A stretch of DNA of 61,644 bases, counting the filler. It is 7 parts of 7 records of this genome, joined end to end, with 100 filler letters (N's around TTAATTAATTAA, not from the genome) between each part and the next. Parts side by side here need not be neighbours in the genome. Positions count along the whole stretch, not along the records: positions 45,606 to 55,238 come from SRR31156797_32829; positions 55,339 to 61,644 come from SRR31156797_32856; 5 more parts are not named here. The stretch is one strand, 5' to 3'. The stretch's first letter is position 1. The number at the start of each line of letters is the position of its first letter. Made by a program: the position numbers and the translations under genes. The notes under the pieces were generated by a model that was not told the origin of the DNA, made no database searches, and was given only the letters and a program-made list of their open reading frames with translations. Positions 52,581 to 61,644 of the stretch are shown piece by piece.

Positions 52581-52581
<1 letters not shown>
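51235..52581 (-). CDS. thiD: Fusion of a ThiE-like domain to the HMP/HMP-P kinase ThiD
   Basis: N-terminal HIRKP..SAHS..LSPVFDSVSK..ALGGI; C-terminal IAGFDPSCGAG..D, WDPV, TPN, LKGGH, HGTGC. Confidence 0.88.
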
Positions 52582-54443
<1,862 letters not shown>

Positions 54444-54500
54444 TTATCAATTAGACAATTGTGACTTTAGAAATTGTTGCTTTAGAAGCAGCTCTTTCGA

Positions 54501-54701
54501 TTAGCCACCTTGTGTTGCGGTGATTATTAAAATCTGGTCGCTTTCTTTTAACAATATTTTATCCCAACTACCTTTTGGAACTACTGAATTATTCAAGGCT
54601 ACAGCTATTCCACGTGTGTCTTCAACAAACGCATTAATAAATAATTTAAGGGAAGTATTCTTCTCCAAATCATGCAAATTCCCATTAACTTCAATTTTCA
54701 T
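54501..54701 (-). CDS. thiS: Sulfur carrier protein ThiS
   Basis: 66 aa, IAVALN, C-terminal TQGG. Confidence 0.96.
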   Translation of the reverse strand: MKIEVNGNLHDLEKNTSLKLFINAFVEDTRGIAVALNNSVVPKGSWDKILLKESDQILIITATQGG

Positions 54702-54754
54702 ATCAGAAATGTTTTTAGCAATTTATAGAATGGGGTGCACGAGTTATAGAGAAT

Positions 54755-54830
54755 TGAATTTCCTGCGACAGCATTACCTGTATCAAGTTCCAAGGATATA
54801 ATCTCAGCCGTTATGGGCACTCCTATTCAT
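54755..54830 (-). promoter_or_regulatory. TPP riboswitch
   Basis: Minus strand AGGAGTGC..GGCTGAGA..ATCC.TGGAACTTGAT..GGTAATGC..CGCAGGAA directly upstream of thiS. Confidence 0.93.
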
Positions 54831-55071
54831 TATGTGGTCGCAAATATATATATTTTTAGTATAGAGTCTGATTAATTTTGAAAAGATTCATCGCTATACT
54901 TCGAATTGATCGTTTTGTGTTGATGCGGTTTCACCATAACAATTTTATTCTGAGCAGAATAAATAAATCAAATAAATATTTACTATAAGTTGAGCATTAA
55001 CCCAGCTAAAGGGAGCTCATTACGTCTTTGCCTCAAGTCATTGAGTTTCAAACTCAAATTAACTATAGGGC

Positions 55072-55104
55072 AAAAAAAAGCCCCGACGAAAATCGTCGAG
55101 GCTC
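55072..55104 (-). terminator. Intrinsic terminator after rplT
   Basis: Minus strand GCCTCGACGA-TTT-TCGTCGGGGC followed by T8. Confidence 0.9.
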
Positions 55105-55132
55105 TATTATTTCACCTAAGATAATACAGTCT

Positions 55133-55238
55133 TTATTTTACTTTATCTACGATTGCTTTGAACGCCTCAGGTTGATTCATAGCCAAGTCGGCTAAAACTT
55201 TCCTGTTGATTTCAATCTCGTTCTTTTTCAACAATCCC
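55133..55238 (-). CDS. rplT: 50S ribosomal protein L20, C-terminal fragment
   Basis: Manual translation [34 protein letters not shown]. Confidence 0.93.
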
Positions 55239-55338
55239 NNNNNNNNNNNNNNNNNNNNNNNNNNNNNNNNNNNNNNNNNNNNTTAATTAATTAANNNNNN
55301 NNNNNNNNNNNNNNNNNNNNNNNNNNNNNNNNNNNNNN
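55239..55338. other. Artificial contig spacer
   Basis: N44-TTAATTAATTAA-N44. Confidence 0.99.
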
Positions 55339-55415
55339 ACCCGCGTCACACCACGGGCATGGAAGGCAACGTCGCTGACATGTAAGATTGCACTCAGAAG
55401 AACTGTTCTTCTCCT

Positions 55416-55447
55416 GGCAACCCTGAGTATAGGGTTGCCTTTTTTTT
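55416..55447 (+). terminator. Intrinsic terminator of a truncated upstream gene
   Basis: GGCAACCCT-N6-AGGGTTGCC followed by T8. Confidence 0.88.
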
Positions 55448-55532
55448 GCCTCCCAAGTGTCATTGGTCTGCACCTCTTCCGGGGGAATACGGCCTCGTTG
55501 ACGCCGATAGGGCTCTGGAGTAGTGTTCGTGT

Positions 55533-56156
55533 ATGTACTCACGACGACTGATGAACAGGCGGACTTCACTTGTTGTACTGCTGTGTGCCTGCGGTTGTGG
55601 TCTGATGACAGGCTGCAGCGTCGAGCAGACACGCTTTGATATCACTGACTACAAGCCCGACGGACAGGAGCCGGACCGATATTTCGAAACATTCGACGAC
55701 GTCTGGTATCGCCATGATTCCCATGGCAGGCTCGAGATGAGTGGTTCGCGGACGGACCGGATTAAAGAAACCGGGGAAGATGTAACACGCTCTTTTATCA
55801 TTCAAGGCATCTGGCGTGCAGACCCGGGAAACACGATCGCCAACACCACGCAAATCAATGCCAAAGTGACCTACTGGATCACAGGGAAGCGATGGGCGAT
55901 TTCCTGGCAGGGGGCTGGATTCATCAGTTACGGTGAAGACTACAACAGTGATTCGATTTCCGGTGAACTGGAATTGTCGACTCTTTCTCCCGGGCAGAAG
56001 AAGGGGGCACCCCCGATTCTCTTCGAACGGGTTGAGATGTCAGGTGAGTTTACGGCTGAGCATCATCCTCGCCGTGCAGTCCGGATGATCCGGGAACTTG
56101 AGAAAACATTCGGTCCGCCTCCCCGTTACGAACCACCACCACCGGGACCTCTATAG
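55533..56156 (+). CDS. Hypothetical lipoprotein
   Basis: Basic N-region, hydrophobic stretch and lipobox LMTGC; 207-aa ORF. Confidence 0.75.
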   Translation: MYSRRLMNRRTSLVVLLCACGCGLMTGCSVEQTRFDITDYKPDGQEPDRYFETFDDVWYRHDSHGRLEMSGSRTDRIKETGEDVTRSFIIQGIWRADPGNTIANTTQINAKVTYWITGKRWAISWQGAGFISYGEDYNSDSISGELELSTLSPGQKKGAPPILFERVEMSGEFTAEHHPRRAVRMIRELEKTFGPPPRYEPPPPGPL

Positions 56157-56259
56157 AGACCGGGATCAGATGACACACTCGTCGCGGAGCCAACCATTGG
56201 GATGGAAACCTGCGTGAACCAGACGCACTTGCCAACGAAGTCACCAGAAACCGATCCCA

Positions 56260-57174
56260 TTACAGAATCAGCGAACCCTTCATGGCTGTCATGCACTGTC
56301 CTGCAATGCGGACGGAGAATCCTTCTCCTCTCTGCTGAGTGACCATCGCCCTGACCAATCCTGTTCTTCCTCCGGATTCGGCCTGAACGCATGCCACCGC
56401 GGCAACATTGCGAGCCATGGGTACCAGTTCATTGATGACCAGATACGTGGCCAGGGGGCCATGAACTCCGCCGTTCACTGGGTCCTCCGGAACGCCAATC
56501 CTCGGAGCGAAATACCTCGACTGTACCATGATTGTGGGTGATGGAGTTTCGACCGTTGCTACACACAGACCCCGGAAATCCTTCCGCTCGGAAAACCACA
56601 TCAGTTTCTGAGTATCCGGGACAATGCTGAACAGTATCTGGAACGTGTTGACGAAAGCGATGATGTCATCATCCTGTGTTCTCATCAGTGGCAGAGATTC
56701 GTCCATTTCACCAGGAGGACAATTGATCAGTTCTGCAATTTTATCGTAATTGTAGTGTTCGGGTTTCAGCTCGGGGCGAGGCATATCCAGCCAGAGGATT
56801 CTTGCATGTTCATCCTGGGGATGTTTTTCCATGCGGACTGTGAATATCCCTGCCTGGGTCTGGATCGGCAGCAACATCTCGGGATCCTCCCGTAACGAGA
56901 GAAAACGCCCGTTTTCCACCAGGCCATGAACTCCAGCGAGCAGGCCGTGTCCTCCAAAAGGATCTTCCGAATCGGGCGTGAAGCTGCGAAAGCGGACGCC
57001 AGCTCCGGGTTGTGTCGCGGGAAGGATAAATACGGTCCGGGTCAGGTTGAACTCCCGGGCGATGGGCTGCAGGTGAGATTCCGGGATCTCCGCTGCATCA
57101 AACACAACAGCTGTGGGATTTCCTTTGAATCGTTCGTTGGTAAAAACGTCAATGGTCGTGTACGCAAAATCCAT
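56260..57174 (-). CDS. PhzF/DAP-epimerase-like family protein with a divergent active site
   Basis: DVFT..FKGNP, RSFTP..EDPFGGH, RYFAPRIGVPEDPVNG. Confidence 0.9.
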   Translation of the reverse strand: MDFAYTTIDVFTNERFKGNPTAVVFDAAEIPESHLQPIAREFNLTRTVFILPATQPGAGVRFRSFTPDSEDPFGGHGLLAGVHGLVENGRFLSLREDPEMLLPIQTQAGIFTVRMEKHPQDEHARILWLDMPRPELKPEHYNYDKIAELINCPPGEMDESLPLMRTQDDDIIAFVNTFQILFSIVPDTQKLMWFSERKDFRGLCVATVETPSPTIMVQSRYFAPRIGVPEDPVNGGVHGPLATYLVINELVPMARNVAAVACVQAESGGRTGLVRAMVTQQRGEGFSVRIAGQCMTAMKGSLIL

Positions 57175-57309
57175 TCCGGGCTCCTGGCGCGGGAATGCTG
57201 GCTATTGCTCGCTGGGGTCCCGCGCGTAAGATAATGGCCGTATAGGCGCGTTCCCGCAACCGTGCGGGATGGAAAACCCGGCCCCCCACACTTCAAGGCG
57301 AGGTGCAGA

Positions 57310-58026
57310 ATGCAAACCCGACGAATCATGGGAATCACAGGATCATTTATACTGACCGCATGTGTGCTCGTAACAGGCTGTGGTGGTGATGACTGGGGTG
57401 AGAAAGTCTCGATCTCCAGCAGCAATATCGCATCCGTGAAAGGTGCATTTGCCAATGGGAAACCGTTGAGCTTCCCGGTTGACCGTGCGTTCAATGTGAT
57501 GGACACGCAGCGCAATTCCACCGGTTCGGGTTTTTCGCAAGCGACTGCGAAAAAAACAGGCGTTGCAATGTGCAAAGCGCAAGCGAAGGAAACCGGTACC
57601 GCGTCGTCACAATTCCAGATCGGACAAGTGATTCAATACGACGGCAAGGACCCGATGAAGGTGACTGTTGTCTTCAACCTGGATTACAGCTGGAAACTGA
57701 GAACCGATCCCTCAGATACCACCAAGCCGGAAGACAAGCTGGGCATGAAGATTTTTATCCGGGATTCGAAATACCATACGCTGAAGAAAGATGAGCCGGT
57801 TTCACTGCAGACCGTAATTGGGCCCGAATCGTTCGATGGAAAGAACACGTTTTCGTTTGATGCGATTTTCGAACCAGGCGTGGACTACCAGTTGATCGTT
57901 TCGGGAATGGCTGAAGTCACAGGTACGGAACTATCAGGAGCGGAAGCGGAACTAAACATCAATGCTCTGAAAATCGAACTGCTCCCCCAGGAGTGGCCTG
58001 TTGAAAATCGCAGCAAGGCTCAGTAA
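57310..58026 (+). CDS. Hypothetical lipoprotein
   Basis: GAGG RBS before the ATG at 57310; lipobox LVTGC. Confidence 0.75.
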   Translation: MQTRRIMGITGSFILTACVLVTGCGGDDWGEKVSISSSNIASVKGAFANGKPLSFPVDRAFNVMDTQRNSTGSGFSQATAKKTGVAMCKAQAKETGTASSQFQIGQVIQYDGKDPMKVTVVFNLDYSWKLRTDPSDTTKPEDKLGMKIFIRDSKYHTLKKDEPVSLQTVIGPESFDGKNTFSFDAIFEPGVDYQLIVSGMAEVTGTELSGAEAELNINALKIELLPQEWPVENRSKAQ

Positions 58027-58073
58027 AAGCCGGGACGCTGACCATACGGGCTGAGAATGTAAGGAAAGAACTT

Positions 58074-59393
58074 ATGTCGGATACAGATCGAATGAACGAA
58101 CCTGCAACCTGGTCAAACGGTTTCCACTGTACTCGCATCTTTTCAACATTCCGGATTGCCCGGCAACCGGCAAAAATTCTGCTGATTGTGTTTGCACTGT
58201 TGTTGACCGTCGCATGGGGAGATGTCCTGGATCTGATCTGGGTCAAGGCAGGGAAAGGAATTCAGGCTGCGGAACTGGCTGTTCCGGCCTGGGATTCGGT
58301 GTCTGCTCCCGGGGACGCACCAAAGATGGGGATTTTCAAGGCGTATTCGTCGTACTGCAGAGGGCAGGTCGCACAACTGGCACGTTTTGTCATGCCTGTG
58401 GATGCACAGTATGCACGAATTGGAACGTTGGCCGGACCGGCATTTTCGATCCTCTACGCAACCAAGCAGATGATTGTTGCTCATCCACTCTATTCCATTC
58501 TTTTCTGGCCGGTCATTCTGTTGATCTGGTCCCTGTTTGGGGGGACCGTATGCCGAATGGCTTCAGTTGAAGTCGCGAGAGGTGAAACGATACCGCTTCG
58601 CGAAGCGATCTGTTTTGCCCGCCGTCACCTCTGGGCTGGTTTCTTTCTCGCTCCCGCTGTCCCCGTGGTCTTTATTCTGATCTTTGGTGGACTGTTGGCC
58701 CTGTTCGGATTGTTCCATTCAATCCCCGTTCTGGGAGATGTTCTCGGTGGACTATTCTTCTTCCTGGCTCTTGGAGGAGGGTTTGTGGGAGTATTGCTGC
58801 TGGTTGGACTGCTTGGTGGCGGACACTTGCTCTGGCCTGTCGTGGCAACGGAAGGAACAACCAGCTTTGATGCGTTTTCGACAAGTTTCCATTATCTGTA
58901 TACCCGCCCCTGGCGTGTGGGTTTGTATGCGTTTATCGCGTTGGTCTATGGCTTGATCTGCTGGCTGGTGGTGAATTTCTTTGCACATCTGACGCTGTGG
59001 TTTACGCGACTGTTCGTTGGGTTCGGCAGTGTCGCATCGCGCGGTGAAGAGGTTTCCAAGCTGGACATCGTCTGGTCGTATCCGGCTTTGTTCGGAGCGA
59101 TGCATTCGTGGCAACCGGAACTCGTCAGCAGCTGGGACAAGGTGTCGGCGTGGGCCATTGCCATGTGGATTGTCCTTGTGAACGCGATTACCTGGGCTTT
59201 TTTGCTGTCGATTTATTTCAGCGCGAGCACGACAATCTACTTCCTGCTTCGCAGAGCGATCGATCTAACTGAGTATAACGAAATTGAAGAATTAACACTG
59301 GCTCCCGTTCCCGCTGAAAATGGAACGATACCGGAAAATACATCCGAACCTCATAGCCCGGACCAGCCAGAGAAGGAAGAAACGCAATCGTGA
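58074..59393 (+). CDS. Multi-pass membrane protein of unknown function
   Basis: Several long hydrophobic segments; STTIYFLLRR near the C-terminus; overlaps the GT2 start. Confidence 0.8.
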   Translation: MSDTDRMNEPATWSNGFHCTRIFSTFRIARQPAKILLIVFALLLTVAWGDVLDLIWVKAGKGIQAAELAVPAWDSVSAPGDAPKMGIFKAYSSYCRGQVAQLARFVMPVDAQYARIGTLAGPAFSILYATKQMIVAHPLYSILFWPVILLIWSLFGGTVCRMASVEVARGETIPLREAICFARRHLWAGFFLAPAVPVVFILIFGGLLALFGLFHSIPVLGDVLGGLFFFLALGGGFVGVLLLVGLLGGGHLLWPVVATEGTTSFDAFSTSFHYLYTRPWRVGLYAFIALVYGLICWLVVNFFAHLTLWFTRLFVGFGSVASRGEEVSKLDIVWSYPALFGAMHSWQPELVSSWDKVSAWAIAMWIVLVNAITWAFLLSIYFSASTTIYFLLRRAIDLTEYNEIEELTLAPVPAENGTIPENTSEPHSPDQPEKEETQS

Positions 59394-60589
59394 CAGTTTT
59401 ATTGACGATCTGGACGGTCCTGTGCGGGATCGTCGGACTCATCTGGCTGACCCGCCATTTTGAAATCAGCAGTGCCAAGCGAACGGAACGTGTACTGGGA
59501 TCATCGACCTGGGATGGGCCTCCTCAGTCTGCTCCGAAGCTGTCGATGTTGGTTGCGGCTAAGGATGAAGAGGACTATATCGAAGAATGTGTGCGAACGC
59601 TCCTTGATCAGGATTATCCGAATATGGAACTGATCGTGATCAATGACAGGAGTGAAGATCGCACGCGCGAAATCCTGGATCAACTCAAAAGCGAAGTAAA
59701 TGGGCGACTGAAAGTAATCCATGTCGAATCGCTCCCGAATGGATGGTTCGGGAAAAATCACGCAATGCATGTGGGGGTGCAGCAGGCATCTGGGGATTAC
59801 CTATGCTTCACGGACGCCGATTGCCGGCAGACATCCACGAAGACACTTTCCATGGCGATGCGGGAACTGCTCGAACAGAAGGTGGATTTTCTGTCGGTTC
59901 TGCCTGTACTGGAAATGCATTCGTTCTGGGAACGCCTGCTTCAGCCCGTCTGTTCGGGAATTATGATGATCTGGTTCGATCCCCGCAAGGTGAACAATCC
60001 GAAACGAAAAGCGGCCTACGCAAACGGCGCATTCATGCTCATGTCGCGGACCTGCTATGATTCGATCGGCGGTCATGAAGAAGCGAAATCGGAAATGAAC
60101 GAAGACATGGTCCTGGCACGCAGCGCAAAATCCCGGGGGTTCCGCCTGAATGTCATTCAGAATGATGATCTCTACAAAACGCATATGTATTCCACTTTCC
60201 AGGAAACGTGGCGAGGCTGGACAAGAATCTTTCGCGGTTGTTTCGAAACCATGCCAAGGTTGATTGCAACACTTGTTCTGTTGTCGTTTGCGAGCCTGAT
60301 GCCATGGGTAGCCCTGTTGGTCAGCCTGGTTGGCATGGGAGCGGAAAAACCGGAACTGGCGAATACCATGGCGATCCTGTGTTATGTCTCTGGTTTTGCT
60401 ATCCTGACGATGCAATCTGTTCTGTTTCGTTTCTATCGTCTTGCACGAAGCCATCCCGCCTGGTCATTCGGGTATGTTTTCGGTGCCTGCATTGGGTTCG
60501 CCATGATCGTCAAAGCCATGTTGATGTCGATGGGGGCTGCGAAGGTTGTCTGGCGGGGGACGTCCTATAGTGGCGCAACCGGAGGTTGA
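59390..60589 (+). CDS. GT2-family membrane glycosyltransferase
   Basis: AAKDEE, NDRSEDRT, GWFGKNHA, FTDAD, NGAF, EDM; terminal TM segments. Confidence 0.92.
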   Translation: MTVLLTIWTVLCGIVGLIWLTRHFEISSAKRTERVLGSSTWDGPPQSAPKLSMLVAAKDEEDYIEECVRTLLDQDYPNMELIVINDRSEDRTREILDQLKSEVNGRLKVIHVESLPNGWFGKNHAMHVGVQQASGDYLCFTDADCRQTSTKTLSMAMRELLEQKVDFLSVLPVLEMHSFWERLLQPVCSGIMMIWFDPRKVNNPKRKAAYANGAFMLMSRTCYDSIGGHEEAKSEMNEDMVLARSAKSRGFRLNVIQNDDLYKTHMYSTFQETWRGWTRIFRGCFETMPRLIATLVLLSFASLMPWVALLVSLVGMGAEKPELANTMAILCYVSGFAILTMQSVLFRFYRLARSHPAWSFGYVFGACIGFAMIVKAMLMSMGAAKVVWRGTSYSGATGG

Positions 60590-60807
60590 TTGCTCGTCAT
60601 GCATGGTATATTCGAACCCGCTTCAGGTGAATGAGGGATACTGATGTTCGATCCTTTCGGACGTTGGGTTATCGCCATGTCCTGTTTTGATTTTCAATAT
60701 CATTTCAAGAAGTGAAACTCCTGCCCCTGTCGGATAGAGCCGATTTAGAGTCAGTAGTGAATCTGTACGTTCATCGTACAGACTTCTGATTGTCTGGAAT
60801 GAAAGAC

Positions 60808-61644
60808 ATGAGCATAAGAACTCAACTGATTCTACTGAAAGCCATAATGGCATTGTGCTGTATTGTTGCAGTGATGCTGGGTAGTCGTCATCTGTTGAGC
60901 AGCAAGATTCAGACGCTGCAGGCGACAACGGTCAAAGATGAAAGTGTCGAGATGCTTCACCTGCTTCATCGGGAGTTGGAAGCTCTCCATGAGCTGAACC
61001 TGGACTGGTCTCAGTGGACACCGCTGTATGAATTCGTAGAAACGCTGGATCAGGAGTTTGTGGAGGAAAACCTGAGCTTTACGACTCTTGAAGGAATCCG
61101 GTGTAACCTGGTCTTCTTCTACAATTCTTCCGGAGAGCTGGTCTGGGGGAAAGTGTATGATCTCGCTGCAGAACAGGAAATCGATCGATCGGCATTTGAT
61201 GAGATTCTGAGAGCTGCGGATGTCATTTACAGAAAGGCGGAGCACCCGGAGCAGAAGATCGCGGCAGATTTCATCACCGTCAATAACAGGCCCATGCTTG
61301 TAAGTGTCCGATTGATTCTGGATACGGAGGCGGAGCTTCCATCACGGGGTACTCTCGTGATGGGCAGGATTGTGGATCATTCGATTTGCGAATCCATCGA
61401 GGAATTTGTTGGATCATCCTTCTCTATTCGAACGTTCGACGATCCGGGTAGTGACGCACCGTTCCCTTCCAACCTGGCAGAAAACACGTATGCCATTCAG
61501 GTGATCGACAATGGCTCGGAAAGATTTCCGGGGGAGTTTGTCTGGGAGGCTCGAATACGGTTGAAAAGCGGGATTGATGGTTCAGAGGCAATGGTTGCCA
61601 CATCAGGGGAAGCGCAGATCATTGCCGAAACCCGGGGCTGGGTA
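60808..61644 (+). CDS. CHASE4-domain membrane sensor, N-terminal part (runs off the window; absent from the ORF track)
   Basis: Open frame MSIRTQLILL-TM-...LDWSQWTPLYEFV..FVEENL..PML..RGTLVMGR, matching the CHASE4 DWxxW motif; alternative ATG at 60799. Confidence 0.8.
   Translation, partial: MSIRTQLILLKAIMALCCIVAVMLGSRHLLSSKIQTLQATTVKDESVEMLHLLHRELEALHELNLDWSQWTPLYEFVETLDQEFVEENLSFTTLEGIRCNLVFFYNSSGELVWGKVYDLAAEQEIDRSAFDEILRAADVIYRKAEHPEQKIAADFITVNNRPMLVSVRLILDTEAELPSRGTLVMGRIVDHSICESIEEFVGSSFSIRTFDDPGSDAPFPSNLAENTYAIQVIDNGSERFPGEFVWEARIRLKSGIDGSEAMVATSGEAQIIAETRGWV

Overview
The window is not one locus. It is seven unrelated contigs joined by identical 100-nt artificial spacers (N44-TTAATTAATTAA-N44), so gene neighbourhoods hold only within a contig. 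Taxonomic labels are impressions from composition and protein style. (1) 1-9231: GC-rich, Desulfovibrionaceae-like fusA end plus the S10-spc ribosomal protein cluster (rpsJ to partial rplO). (2) 9332-15703: very AT-rich bacterium with a chemoreceptor convergent on a sucrose PTS/sucrose-6-phosphate hydrolase operon. (3) 15804-21039: hypothetical-recA-pilT-recX-rluA-like run, then phoB/phoR. (4) 21140-40122: Desulfobacteraceae-like. It carries a peptide-type ABC transporter and amidohydrolase divergent from an unusual fusion of a dead tyrosine-recombinase domain to a GntR regulator, then lysA, rfbCAB, an ExeA-OmpA ATPase, a 2-TM coiled-coil protein ending in a RelE/HigB-like domain, a PrsT-like TPR lipoprotein, a small ORF and a partial hybrid kinase. 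(5) 40223-45505: Bacteroidota C25 peptidase (T9SS-type). (6) 45606-55238: Bacteroidota DUF2891-like gene, M1 aminopeptidase, a TPP-riboswitch-controlled thi operon and the rplT end. (7) 55339-61644: Planctomycetota-like lipoproteins, a PhzF-family protein, a membrane protein, a GT2 and a partial CHASE4 sensor. Best novelty candidates are the integrase-GntR chimeric regulator with its phased GTTAAC operator array, and the receptor-shaped membrane protein with a RelE-like cytoplasmic domain and no adjacent antitoxin. All calls come from reading motifs by eye; no database searches were run.
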